DNA of 64,000 bases from an uncultured virus (IMG/VR IMGVR_UViG_3300029904_000008) (IMGVR_UViG_3300029904_000008), one strand, 5' to 3'. Shown: positions 15,613 through 25,706, counted from the first letter of the stretch. Notes: a model not told the origin generated them from the sequence alone. Program-made: numbers and translations.

Positions 15613-18375
15613 TTATAGTACCTTGTAACTACTTAACCCTTTCACTTTTTCGACTTGTAGGGTTTTTACATTGCCTAATGGGATAGTATTTTGATGAGTG
15701 ATAAGGAATAAGGTTTTATCCTTGAATATTTCTCTTATTAGTGAAGTTACTAACTCTATATTCTCTGAACTCAAGCTTTCAAATACTTCATCCATGAAAG
15801 CAATATTAAATCCCTGAGATACCGTGAGTAATTCATTCATAGCTAATGCTAAGGAGATGTTTACCAATTGCTTTTCTCCACCAGAAAGTTCATCATACTC
15901 CATTATAATGTCGTCTCTTTCTATGGTAGTAACAAAATCTTTCCTTGCTGAATCCAGATTAACTCCAAACTCTATTTTAAATCCTAATATGGGTACGTAC
16001 TTGTTCAGTATCTCATTAATAAGATCAATAGAGGAATCGAATAAAAATGCTTTTATTCCCTTATTACCCAATGGATCATCCAGTAACCATTGATAATCCC
16101 TATATTCTGATAACTGAGATTCATATTTAGCTTTTAGAGGTTTTATCTTCTTTCTTAAATGTGATATCTTACCTTCATAATCCTCACTAAAGGTATCAAA
16201 TTTAGCTTCTTTGAGTTTTCTTATTTCATCATCGATCTCAACCATTTTTCTGGAATACCAAGTAGCTTTCATTTCTAACTTATCATAATTACTCTTGATA
16301 TCCATTAGCTTAGATTTTCTATCGTATAGTTGGGATAATTCTTTATCACAATCCGATATGCCTTTATAAGCTTTCTTAAGTTTCTTTAATGATGATAGGG
16401 CTTCTCTATATTTTTTGTTCTTTACCAATTTATATATATCATCAATAAATTCTTCCAAAGGTATATCTATGGTTTCTTCACAGAGATCTTTAGTATTTTT
16501 ATACTTAGATATAAGTTCATTAGTATTCTTTATTCTTACGGGTAAAGTTTGTAATACCTCTTCTTTCTGTGATCTTTGTATTTCTCCAAGTTTCTTAGCA
16601 TAATCTAGTCTGGTAGATTCTAATTCAGTAATTTGTCTAGACCTATTTATCTTAGCCTCTAATTCCTGGGTTTTAAGTTTCCTCTTGAGTTCCTTATAAT
16701 TCTCCAGTTTATCAGTCATTACATTGAGATCTCCTTCCATATCCAGTATACCCTCCCTCATGGCATCCTTTTTACCTTTGGCTATATCCTTAGCAGTATT
16801 AAGGAAATTGAGATTAAATATCTCTTCGAATATTGCCCTTTTATTGGAATTATCCTCCTCGATTAATCTCTTTAATCCTTGACCAAATACTATCGAATTA
16901 ATAAATAACTCATAAGGTAATCCCAATACCTTATTTATCTCTTGTTGAATAGAGAATTTACCTTTTAAGTCTAAAAGTTCTCCATCCCTTATAAGTAAAA
17001 CCCTATCCTTTCCCTTTGCACCATCCTCAATTTCGGATGTATATTTTTGGCATCGGATAATATTGTAAGGTATATTATCTTTTAAGAAGTATATACATAC
17101 CTTAGTTCCCTTGTAATCCTTGGGTCTTAATTCTTCCCAGGTATTTACTTGGGATTTACCTTTTAGGTTCTTCCCATATATACACCATACTAATGAGGAG
17201 ATTAATGAAGAATTATGAGTAACTATGTAGTTTCTAGTGAGATACAAACCATCAGGAGAATCCACTGTAATACATCTAGAATTAATCTTACCGATATATT
17301 CTATTTTACGTATGGTATTAACCATTCTATTCCTTCTATAAAAATCCCCAAATTGATCATACTTATATTTCCTCAAAAAAGGTATATAATCCAATCTTAT
17401 GGAACATTCGTAAGAGGTAGTGTACCTACCATATTTATATCTCCTATGATGATTTTTAGTAGATATACCTCCTAAAGATCTAACTAATTCTACTACACCA
17501 TCCCTTAATTTACGAGATTTAGAGGTATAAGAAGATACTTTAGATCTTTTTTTAGGAGATCCTGAATGAGCATCGGTGTCCAATAGTCCTGCCAATAAAT
17601 ATTTTCTATCCTCTATCGAAGATCTAAGGTATATCTCGGGGATAAATTTATTAGAAGATTTTTTCCCCAATAAACCTAACTCTTTTAATTCCTTACCTAA
17701 CCCATGTATCCTAAAATGTCTAACTGTACCCCTAATACAAGTACCAATATGAACCATCTTAGGATCGGGTAAATAACTTTTTAATCTATCAACTACTTCT
17801 TCCCAATCTTTCTCATTAGTAGATATTCTTACGATGGGTTTATTACCTGATATACAACCATCTCCTAAGATAAAGCCCAATACATAAGGATGTATGGGTA
17901 AACTTTTTGGAGTATATTGTAGGGGTTTTGTTAGAGGTACTGAATACCTATAACAATATGTACCTGGTTTACTTTTATTTTCATATTTATAATCCTCCAA
18001 TAAAGATTTAGTATCCATAACTCTAAGCCTATATTGGGTTTTACCAGATTTATACACTGACCATAGATGGTCATCCGCACAATAAGTATGGCTTTTATCT
18101 GAAAAACTTATTTTGTAAGTGGGCAAATAACCTCTATCGGTTACTTTAATTATCCTAATGGGCAATCCTGTAATAGGATTCATCACCTCATCACCCACTT
18201 TTAATTTCCCAATTTCTACCCACCCATTAGGAGTTAAAACGGGTTCATTTAAGGGTTGTGCCTTACCTTCCCCATTAGCACCACGTATCCATACTATCTG
18301 GTTTTGATTCAGTGCAATATCTGCTTGGTATATTGAACAAAATCCTTCGGTAACTAACCTTGTAAATTCTATCAT
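15613..18375 (-). CDS. sbcC: SbcC/Rad50/T4 gp46-like ATPase, intein-containing
   Basis: Walker A GANGEGK|S, Q-loop FGQG, coiled coil, signature LSGGE, Walker B FMDEVF and H-loop ITH. Confidence 0.9.
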   Translation of the reverse strand: MIEFTRLVTEGFCSIYQADIALNQNQIVWIRGANGEGKAQPLNEPVLTPNGWVEIGKLKVGDEVMNPITGLPIRIIKVTDRGYLPTYKISFSDKSHTYCADDHLWSVYKSGKTQYRLRVMDTKSLLEDYKYENKSKPGTYCYRYSVPLTKPLQYTPKSLPIHPYVLGFILGDGCISGNKPIVRISTNEKDWEEVVDRLKSYLPDPKMVHIGTCIRGTVRHFRIHGLGKELKELGLLGKKSSNKFIPEIYLRSSIEDRKYLLAGLLDTDAHSGSPKKRSKVSSYTSKSRKLRDGVVELVRSLGGISTKNHHRRYKYGRYTTSYECSIRLDYIPFLRKYKYDQFGDFYRRNRMVNTIRKIEYIGKINSRCITVDSPDGLYLTRNYIVTHNSSLISSLVWCIYGKNLKGKSQVNTWEELRPKDYKGTKVCIYFLKDNIPYNIIRCQKYTSEIEDGAKGKDRVLLIRDGELLDLKGKFSIQQEINKVLGLPYELFINSIVFGQGLKRLIEEDNSNKRAIFEEIFNLNFLNTAKDIAKGKKDAMREGILDMEGDLNVMTDKLENYKELKRKLKTQELEAKINRSRQITELESTRLDYAKKLGEIQRSQKEEVLQTLPVRIKNTNELISKYKNTKDLCEETIDIPLEEFIDDIYKLVKNKKYREALSSLKKLKKAYKGISDCDKELSQLYDRKSKLMDIKSNYDKLEMKATWYSRKMVEIDDEIRKLKEAKFDTFSEDYEGKISHLRKKIKPLKAKYESQLSEYRDYQWLLDDPLGNKGIKAFLFDSSIDLINEILNKYVPILGFKIEFGVNLDSARKDFVTTIERDDIIMEYDELSGGEKQLVNISLALAMNELLTVSQGFNIAFMDEVFESLSSENIELVTSLIREIFKDKTLFLITHQNTIPLGNVKTLQVEKVKGLSSYKVL
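17212..18261 (-). mobile_element. 350-aa class 3 intein with a LAGLIDADG homing endonuclease
   Basis: Starts AQPL and ends VTHN|S. Block B DDHLW, block F SRCITV, and LAGLIDADG motifs LGFILGDG and LAGLLDTDA. Confidence 0.9.
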
Positions 18376-19343
18376 TGATCTGCCTCCTTAAGTACCTTAA
18401 TTAAAAGTTGTTCTTTGTTCTTATCTTTTATGCCTTTGACCTTCATATACCTCTTTGCTAGAGTTTTATTTGTTAATTGCTTAGTAATCTTATGTTTAGT
18501 TTCTACTGGATTACTAGCAATTTTGGGTATTACAGTATAATAATTACCATCATCCTTAATTTCATCCTGAGATTCCACATCGATAAACTTGGGATACCCT
18601 TTTAACTTCACAAATGTCATGGATAAATCATCGTATAATTTCCAATATCCCATATCACAATCTCTATCAGTTCTCCTTTGTTGAATAGGAGCACCTATCA
18701 TGTATACCTTCTTGGATAATCTTTGGGGTTTATGTATATGACCGCATAATACTAAATCGAATCGATCCAATACATTGAGATTTAAATTTTCTACAGACCC
18801 TACTTCCCTACCATCAGTATCTCTTGCTCCAGGATAATCTGTATGAAGCATAAGGATATGTTTTTGTTTAGGATCCAGTTTCATCTCTTTAAGATATTTA
18901 CTCAATCCTATATTGTGATCTACATATGGTACCCCATGTATCATGATATTATCCTTGATAAGGAATTGGCAATAATCTAAACATACTAGCCAAGGAAACA
19001 TTTTAGTAAATAGCCTTGTCCAACTTACGGGATGTTCTCCAATCTTACTTATATGGTTAATTTCATGATTCCCACTTATGGCATACATAATAGGGTATCC
19101 CATATACCTTGGGTGTATTACTAAGGAATCCTGAAAAATTAAATCGAGTAACTCGGGTCTTATCATATCGGGCTTATGGAATAAATCCCCACAAAATAAT
19201 ATAGGCACTCTCTCGTTATAGGACTTAGATAACAAGGATACCAGGATCCTCATTTGATTATGGGTCCTGGTATCATTCTCATTAAACTTAGCCCAGTCGT
19301 TAATATGCAAATCCGATATTACGTATGCTACTAAGTTTTTCAT
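18372..19343 (-). CDS. sbcD: SbcD/Mre11/T4 gp47-like nuclease
   Basis: Metallophosphoesterase motifs SDLH, GDLF, GNHE and GHIH; adjacent to sbcC. Confidence 0.9.
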   Translation of the reverse strand: MKNLVAYVISDLHINDWAKFNENDTRTHNQMRILVSLLSKSYNERVPILFCGDLFHKPDMIRPELLDLIFQDSLVIHPRYMGYPIMYAISGNHEINHISKIGEHPVSWTRLFTKMFPWLVCLDYCQFLIKDNIMIHGVPYVDHNIGLSKYLKEMKLDPKQKHILMLHTDYPGARDTDGREVGSVENLNLNVLDRFDLVLCGHIHKPQRLSKKVYMIGAPIQQRRTDRDCDMGYWKLYDDLSMTFVKLKGYPKFIDVESQDEIKDDGNYYTVIPKIASNPVETKHKITKQLTNKTLAKRYMKVKGIKDKNKEQLLIKVLKEADQ

Positions 19344-20035
19344 ACTTTTAAGAATAGTTCAATTACTGATTTACGTAAATCTAAATTAGGCTCATCCAAT
19401 ACCAATACTTTAGTTTCTCCATATAAGGATTTTATACTACCTATTGGACAAGGGTAATCCAAAGTCTTAGGAGCTTTTAACCAAGAATCTTTTAATGACC
19501 TTATATGATTCTCTGGAGTAAATCCCCATAACTTAAGTATCATCTCCATGATAGCACTTATTTCCATTTGAAAGAATGAGCTAACTATTCTTTTTCCATT
19601 ATCCTCGGTTACCCATTCTTTATATAAACCAGTATGGAATCGGATAAATATTAAATGAGTACATTCCTGATTAAGGAGCATCTTACTTAATTCCAAGAAA
19701 TGTTCTACTTCGCATTCGGGTTGTTTGTCGGCTTGTTTATACAGAAAATAAGCAGCACTATCAAGATAAGATCTATCAGATACAAAATTTTCATACTCTT
19801 TGAACTTTTTATGCCTAAGATTTAGTATTTGCATATCCTCATGATATAATTCCATAGGATCTCTTGCAAGCATATCCTTATGAGGCATATCTTTTGTCTT
19901 AGGGAGCAAATCGGATACACTACCGGATACAAAGGGTATACTATTGGAGTTAAATAATTCATCCCCGTTAGCAATCCATTCTGCAAGGGTAGATTTTCCA
20001 GTACCACTTGCACCTGCAAACATTACTTTACTCAT
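19340..20035 (-). CDS. P-loop nucleotide kinase-like protein
   Basis: GASGTGKST and FVSDRSYLD (dNMP/dN kinase or AAA_28-like pattern). Confidence 0.7.
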   Translation of the reverse strand: MSKVMFAGASGTGKSTLAEWIANGDELFNSNSIPFVSGSVSDLLPKTKDMPHKDMLARDPMELYHEDMQILNLRHKKFKEYENFVSDRSYLDSAAYFLYKQADKQPECEVEHFLELSKMLLNQECTHLIFIRFHTGLYKEWVTEDNGKRIVSSFFQMEISAIMEMILKLWGFTPENHIRSLKDSWLKAPKTLDYPCPIGSIKSLYGETKVLVLDEPNLDLRKSVIELFLKV

Positions 20036-20918
20036 GGTTGTATTCTTTAAAAGGTTTCATAAATATATCTGTCATGAAAGATGCTAAAGAGTATTCGATA
20101 CATACTTCTTTGAATTTCTTCCAATTGATGGGCTTACTTAAGTAATGTAATGGTAGATCCTTTTCATCTAAGGGATGTTCATTTATAAACCATGCTAAGT
20201 CTATCAATTTCTTATTCCTTTCATATGTTTCTTTTATCTCTAAGCATTCTCCCTTTTTAAATGCTTCATCTACCCACCAATATTTATCAAGAAACTTTCT
20301 AGTTTTAACAGGCCCATAACCCTTAACTCCTGGGATATCATCTGAACTATCTCCTACTAAGCAAAGGTAGTCAATGGTTTCTTCAGGAGTATATCCAAAT
20401 AAGGATTTACAATTATTGATAGTTATTACCTCATTTTTTCTTGGATTAAATACCCTTACATCCTTAGTTATTAACTGATTATAATCCTTGTCCGAAGTTA
20501 CTAGAGTTTGGGTATACTTATTCCTATCTCCATACTTTTCGTACCTAAGCCAAGCAATAAAATCATCCCCCTCATATCCCGTAGATTTATCCTTATCAAA
20601 TACATAAGGTATCCTTAAGTATTTGAGCATTCTCATTATTATTTCCTTTTGAGCCTGAAGAGATTCATAATCCACCGAGATATTTTTCCTATGACTCTTA
20701 TAACCTGGGAGTAAATCCAATCTATAAGGTGAATGCCCATTATCAAAACTAATACAGATATAATTAGGATAAAATCTCTCCATGTACATATGGAGTGATT
20801 TAAAGAATCCAAATATTGCTCCGGAGGGTTTTCCATCTGTGCTCTTAAATTTTTCGAATTTGTGAAAAGATTGATGGAGTATATTCTCTCCATCAATCAA
20901 CAGTACTTTTTTTCTCAT
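20028..20918 (-). CDS. 5'-3' exonuclease/flap endonuclease (stand-alone Pol I N-terminal type)
   Basis: LLIDG, YKSHR, YEGDD, TSDKDYNQ and GDSSDDIPGVKGYGP. Confidence 0.9.
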   Translation of the reverse strand: MRKKVLLIDGENILHQSFHKFEKFKSTDGKPSGAIFGFFKSLHMYMERFYPNYICISFDNGHSPYRLDLLPGYKSHRKNISVDYESLQAQKEIIMRMLKYLRIPYVFDKDKSTGYEGDDFIAWLRYEKYGDRNKYTQTLVTSDKDYNQLITKDVRVFNPRKNEVITINNCKSLFGYTPEETIDYLCLVGDSSDDIPGVKGYGPVKTRKFLDKYWWVDEAFKKGECLEIKETYERNKKLIDLAWFINEHPLDEKDLPLHYLSKPINWKKFKEVCIEYSLASFMTDIFMKPFKEYNHE

Positions 20919-21258
20919 TACTAGTAGATATTATTAGTTGTACCTTGTAAATAAGTACCTTTAAGAATTCCTCAAAAGCCTTACTTTTAGTTACTAGGGT
21001 TAATAATTCAGATGATAATTTATCAGGATCTCCTATTAGGAAGGATGCTCCCCCAATACTATCACAAGCTAATACCATTATATGAGCTTCATTAGGAGTA
21101 TTTTCTTTATCCTTATTATATTCCTGAAGGTCATCAAAAAATTTCTTAGTGAACTTAGTTAATTCATCCAATTCTCTACCATGATCAATCTTTACTTTCG
21201 GTTCCATAATATTTCTCCTTATATATTTTAATGTTTTCCATTGCCATTTTATACTCAC
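20893..21258 (-). CDS. Hypothetical protein (start probably MEPKVK)
   Basis: 121-aa ORF. Confidence 0.55.
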   Translation of the reverse strand: MSIKWQWKTLKYIRRNIMEPKVKIDHGRELDELTKFTKKFFDDLQEYNKDKENTPNEAHIMVLACDSIGGASFLIGDPDKLSSELLTLVTKSKAFEEFLKVLIYKVQLIISTSNEKKSTVD

Positions 21259-21619
21259 CCATTATGATGGATATTATAGAATTAAACCAATACATACCTG
21301 GACATTCCTTTTGTCCAAAATCTGCATCTATAAGCATTTGTCTCCAATACTGTTCTACATAATCGCTTAATATACTTCCCTTATCTATACTATCGGAATT
21401 ATGCTTAAAGGTAATGGGTTCTAACTTCCTAGCCATCTCCATTATATGATAAGCCTTATCAAGATCTTGTTCTTTACCTTTAAACCAATGTCTAGAGACA
21501 TATTTCAAAGCTTCTCCTTGGAACCAGTTGAGATTATAAGCAATCATTATATGTATGGGTTCTATCATAAACCTTTCATAATGATTACCTCCAACTTCCG
21601 ATGAATTATTCATCTTCAT
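21185..21619 (-). CDS. DUF3310-family protein (T7 gp1.7 nucleotide-kinase-related)
   Basis: VGGNHY...EPI...FQGEALKYVSR...KG..QDLDKA. Confidence 0.75.
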   Translation of the reverse strand: MKMNNSSEVGGNHYERFMIEPIHIMIAYNLNWFQGEALKYVSRHWFKGKEQDLDKAYHIMEMARKLEPITFKHNSDSIDKGSILSDYVEQYWRQMLIDADFGQKECPGMYWFNSIISIIMGEYKMAMENIKIYKEKYYGTESKD

Positions 21620-22742
21620 TTTCTTCGTCCTCCGTATTATAAGATTCGTATTCTACTCCCTCTACTGGGAAGTAATTTTTATTTAACTCTTGGATCCTCT
21701 TTTTAGTAGTTCCAATCGTATTTATATTTGCTTTCCTAAGTAATTTGCGTCTGAGAGAATCATCTTCTTCTAACATCTTTTGGAATTTCTCTTCACCTCG
21801 ACATAATGTACTACCCTTATATTTATAAACTCCTCCCGAGGATTTTTCTACAATATCATTTTCTACTAATACATCCTCCAGTCCATAACACCTATCAAAA
21901 CCTACTTCGTGGAATTTTGGATTGAAATATACGGGGCATTTAGAAATAGTAGGCCTTGGAGGAGCAACCTTATTCTTAAGTAATCTAATAGTTACGAGTT
22001 TTCCAACTTTACGTTCTTTAGATTTATGTTTAATTGTAACGGTCTTCCCTGAGTAAAATGCCAATCTAATGGAGGCATAGAATTTAAGAGCGGCACCTCC
22101 AGTAGTGGTTGTATTATCCTTACCGAAACCCACATTTAAAGCAGTTCTTAATTGATTAATATAGATCTGGGTTATCCCTAGTTTAAAGAAAAGTTCATTC
22201 CTTATTCGGAAATATTTATACAATGCCTTTGCTCTACCTCCCATTTCAGCTTTTGCATCGGTCATCTTGGCATCTATATTATCCGAGCAATCCGTAGCAG
22301 CAATCGAATCCAATACCAGTAATATTGGTTCATTATTAGTTAATTGTGCTCTTAGATACAATGCAAGGTCTGCTACGGCATCTGCAATATACTCTATTCG
22401 AGTTTCATTTATTACTGTTACCTTTTCAGGATCAACTCCATTCTCTTCTGCCCATGAGTTCATCCAGGATTGTTCGGCATCTACCCATATAACATGTCCA
22501 CCCAGTTGTTGACAAGCATAAGCAAAATTATAAGCTATTAGAGATTTTCCTGAACTCTCCTCACCAGCTATCTCAAGGATTTTCCCAAAAGGTATACCTC
22601 CACCCATTTGATAGTTAAGGGCAAAAAATGTAGAAGGTAACCATAAACCTGTATCCTCCTTATTAGAGGCTACCTTAATAATATCCCCATACTTCTTTAG
22701 AAGTTCATTCTTTGTGGGGATTTTCAATTTGTTCTTAGCCAT
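21606..22742 (-). CDS. recA: RecA/UvsX recombinase
   Basis: GEESSGKS, VDAEQ, LVLDSIAA, INQLR, TTGGAALKFYASIR and KNKVAPP. Confidence 0.95.
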   Translation of the reverse strand: MAKNKLKIPTKNELLKKYGDIIKVASNKEDTGLWLPSTFFALNYQMGGGIPFGKILEIAGEESSGKSLIAYNFAYACQQLGGHVIWVDAEQSWMNSWAEENGVDPEKVTVINETRIEYIADAVADLALYLRAQLTNNEPILLVLDSIAATDCSDNIDAKMTDAKAEMGGRAKALYKYFRIRNELFFKLGITQIYINQLRTALNVGFGKDNTTTTGGAALKFYASIRLAFYSGKTVTIKHKSKERKVGKLVTIRLLKNKVAPPRPTISKCPVYFNPKFHEVGFDRCYGLEDVLVENDIVEKSSGGVYKYKGSTLCRGEEKFQKMLEEDDSLRRKLLRKANINTIGTTKKRIQELNKNYFPVEGVEYESYNTEDEENEDE

Positions 22743-22761
22743 AATGATTTTAATCTACAAT

Positions 22762-22801
22762 AAAAGGAGTGATAGTTAGATGTTATCCTTCTACCACTCC
22801 C
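22762..22801 (-). terminator. Intrinsic terminator
   Basis: GGAGTG/CACTCC outer stem plus T4. Confidence 0.55.
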
Positions 22802-22841
22802 TTCAACCAACACATTATTTATATATTACTTATGGAAACAA

Positions 22842-23609
22842 TCAAATATCGGATTTAAATTTCTTCTTAGATACCTTCTTTACCTTTTTAACCTTCTTTT
22901 TGGGTTCTTCTGTATCCTCCTCCTCTTCCTCAAAATCCTCATTTAAGAATTCCTTTAATTTGGATTCAAGCTCATCGTAAGAAAGTATCTGTTTCCTAAC
23001 TATTCCTTCCAGATCTATATTACCCCTAAATTTTGGATCTAACTTAGAAGGTTTACAAGGTCTTACTGAATAGGTAGTATCATTTTTACCTGACCCAGAT
23101 CTTTGGATTTTTATATCGTATCCCTTTATAGGGTCAGTCATATCTCCATAGTCATCCTCATCTAAATAGAGATCGATTATATCTTGATAAACTCCTGAAG
23201 CTATCAGAACAGCTTTATCCTCTCCATTATAATCCGGTTTAAGACCTTTTTCATCCTCATATATTATACCTCCTATTACGTATTTTCTACGAGGAATAAG
23301 TTTCTTTGCCAGTTCCTTATCCGATTCATCCTTTGAATTTTTAAGTTCCTGGTATTTCTCCATCCAAGGACAGGGTTCATCAAAAGTAGCTGGAGATATA
23401 ATGCCACCTATTTTAGGATTGGGATAGAACTGTATAAGCTCCATACCTAATTCCTTATCATCACCGGGGGATTTCATTCTTATACGAGTAATACCCTCTT
23501 TAGGAAATACAAATCCACCTCCACCTTTTTCTTGGAGTTTCTTTTTTCTTGCCAACATCTTGTCCCTTGTGGACATACCAGATGTGGATAATTTCTTTAC
23601 TTTTTTCAT
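22842..23609 (-). CDS. Single-stranded DNA-binding protein (gp32-like)
   Basis: GDMTDPIKGYDIKIQRSGSG..TTYSV motif and an acidic tail; located next to recA. Confidence 0.75.
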   Translation of the reverse strand: MKKVKKLSTSGMSTRDKMLARKKKLQEKGGGGFVFPKEGITRIRMKSPGDDKELGMELIQFYPNPKIGGIISPATFDEPCPWMEKYQELKNSKDESDKELAKKLIPRRKYVIGGIIYEDEKGLKPDYNGEDKAVLIASGVYQDIIDLYLDEDDYGDMTDPIKGYDIKIQRSGSGKNDTTYSVRPCKPSKLDPKFRGNIDLEGIVRKQILSYDELESKLKEFLNEDFEEEEEDTEEPKKKVKKVKKVSKKKFKSDI

Positions 23610-23610
23610 A

Positions 23611-24063
23611 TTATTTCGGATTTACTTCAACGTATGCAATTTCTGAAAGTGATAGGATTGTGAATTTGGTATCCTCAAGTTCCTTTTGTAATTCTTGAGG
23701 GAATTCATCAGCATCAAACTGAATCTCTTTACCAGAATACAATCCGTAGGTAATAATATTACCAATATTAAATAGATACTCCTGTCTTTGATAAGCTTCG
23801 GATATACTACCGTGTTGGACTATTACACCCTTTTTAGGTCTAGATTCATCCATAGTTCCTGGGAGTATAATATTCCCCACCTTAGTTTCCCCAATAGGAG
23901 TTGCAACTACTACTTTATCCTCAGCAGGTATACCTTTTGAGCTAAGAATTTTGTTAATCAATTCAGCTACAGCTGAAGAGATGTAATCAAGTTTTATACG
24001 TTCCATAAATATGTGATTTTGATTAAAATGATAACTATCCATTAAGTTTTCTTTGGTTAGCAT
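23611..24063 (-). CDS. groES: GroES-like co-chaperonin (start probably MERIKL)
   Basis: PAEDKVVV...ETKVGNIILPG...KGVIV..G...GNIITYGLYSGKEI...ILSLSEI. Confidence 0.75.
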   Translation of the reverse strand: MLTKENLMDSYHFNQNHIFMERIKLDYISSAVAELINKILSSKGIPAEDKVVVATPIGETKVGNIILPGTMDESRPKKGVIVQHGSISEAYQRQEYLFNIGNIITYGLYSGKEIQFDADEFPQELQKELEDTKFTILSLSEIAYVEVNPK

Positions 24064-24484
24064 TTAGGGTTCTTAATACATCTATACGATTCTCGTAGGC
24101 TCTACAGAAAGAGATTAAATTACTTGCAGCTTCACAAGCTTTAATATGTTTTTCTGAGAGAGATTTATATTTCGAATTAGTATTTGCCTTATTCGAAACA
24201 TAATCATTATTCCACCTTTCATTGGTATCTTTATAGAATAACCAAGCTTTGGAATAAGCCTCTTCTTTCTCCCTTGCAAGTAAATCTCTTTTCTTTATAA
24301 GATAATCTCTAGCACGACATAATATAGTATAATTGAACAAAGATTTTTTGAGTTCTTCATCTAGATTGTCTTCATCTATATCCATCTCCTTTTTGGGATC
24401 GATGTAATAATATTGCCCATCAATCTTTACCTTTAAAGGTGTCAAGGGCACTGAATTTAGGCTTGAACAGTTTTTCTTTATCAT
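24035..24484 (-). CDS. UvsY-like recombination mediator
   Basis: Helical protein ending AYENRIDVLRTLNANQR, near SSB and RecA. Confidence 0.55.
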   Translation of the reverse strand: MIKKNCSSLNSVPLTPLKVKIDGQYYYIDPKKEMDIDEDNLDEELKKSLFNYTILCRARDYLIKKRDLLAREKEEAYSKAWLFYKDTNERWNNDYVSNKANTNSKYKSLSEKHIKACEAASNLISFCRAYENRIDVLRTLNANQRKLNG

Positions 24485-24977
24485 ATGTTACCTTCCCTTC
24501 CCTAATATATTCTTCTAATTTACCAAAAGCATATATCCACTGAGTGTGCATTTCGGGAGCATGTATATGTTGCTTAAACTGATCCAGGTATTTGTATATT
24601 CCATAGAATCTCAATTTAGCTTCTATATCTTCATCTCCCCCAATTTCTAGTATCTTCAAGAATAACGCATAGAATATATCCACCCAGTTTTCATGGATAT
24701 AACTAGCATTCTCTCCATCCTTTTCATTGGGTATCTCCTTATATAATTGCTCGGCATGATAAATGGCTCTTTTTGATGCCTTCAGTATTTCAGTTATATG
24801 CCATTGATCATGAGGGTTAAGTTTTACCTCCATCATCCTGAAAGCATTATCGAGGTATTCATAATCCTTTTGTAATACTCCCGAAAGAATATAAACTAAA
24901 TGTAATCTCCAGTTAGCCTCCTTGTAATATTTGTTTTCTTTAAGTTGGCTAAGTAATAATTGCCTTTGACGATCCAT
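24420..24977 (-). CDS. Hypothetical protein
   Basis: 185-aa ORF. Confidence 0.6.
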   Translation of the reverse strand: MDRQRQLLLSQLKENKYYKEANWRLHLVYILSGVLQKDYEYLDNAFRMMEVKLNPHDQWHITEILKASKRAIYHAEQLYKEIPNEKDGENASYIHENWVDIFYALFLKILEIGGDEDIEAKLRFYGIYKYLDQFKQHIHAPEMHTQWIYAFGKLEEYIREGKVTYDKEKLFKPKFSALDTFKGKD

Positions 24978-25002
24978 AATTTAATCCTCCCACTCTACTC
25001 TA
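24973..25002. repeat. 30-bp imperfect direct repeat (27/30 with 25699-25728)
   Basis: tccataatttaatcctcccactctactcta versus tccataatttagtcctcccattttactcta. Confidence 0.8.
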
Positions 25003-25703
25003 ATTGTTTTTATATAATCAGTAATTCCTTTGTGACCCTCTTCTGCACTTTCAGGAGTATCATGTATTTGATTTTTATACACATTCACCCATCCCTCTTT
25101 CTTTTCGGGGAGCATCATAAGGTCATTATTATCAATTTTGCCTAAGGTGTGTAACCCATCTTTAGTATAGCTACACACTGTTTCATTATAAGAACCTTCG
25201 TTAATTAATGCCACAATAGAGTAATCTTGGCCTTCATAGATATGTTTCCTATCGAAGCAAATAATCCTTGCTTTTCTTCCGTCCCTTGTGCAGACTGGTT
25301 TACCTTCTCTTGCCTTCTGAATATCGAAAGGCTTTAGGTTTAATTTCTTTTCTTCCATATCCTTTTGTTTGATTTCTATTTCAACTATATCAAATCTTAC
25401 CAAAGTGATTCCTTCAGTGTGTGAGGGTAACTTTTCAATATTCAGGGGTAATTTATAAAGTTGATAAGTTCTATCATTATTTATATAATGCTCTCCAACC
25501 TTTTCAAGTTTCTTGAAGATGACATGTTTGTTGTCTGTTCTTCTTATTTTAGAACATTGCCCAACTACTTTATCAGCTAAGTCGCTTTTAGTACCACTTC
25601 CACATTCGGTAGTAAAAAGTGAACATTCACCACAACTATCATTTTCTATACACTGATACCACTCACCGTCTAACTCGAATATTTCTCCTATCTTGCGTTC
25701 CAT
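24981..25703 (-). CDS. Two-module hypothetical protein (Cys-rich N-terminus plus KPFD..TRDGRKARIICFD module)
   Basis: 240-aa ORF flanked by direct repeats. Confidence 0.7.
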   Translation of the reverse strand: MERKIGEIFELDGEWYQCIENDSCGECSLFTTECGSGTKSDLADKVVGQCSKIRRTDNKHVIFKKLEKVGEHYINNDRTYQLYKLPLNIEKLPSHTEGITLVRFDIVEIEIKQKDMEEKKLNLKPFDIQKAREGKPVCTRDGRKARIICFDRKHIYEGQDYSIVALINEGSYNETVCSYTKDGLHTLGKIDNNDLMMLPEKKEGWVNVYKNQIHDTPESAEEGHKGITDYIKTIRVEWED

Positions 25704-25706
25704 AAT

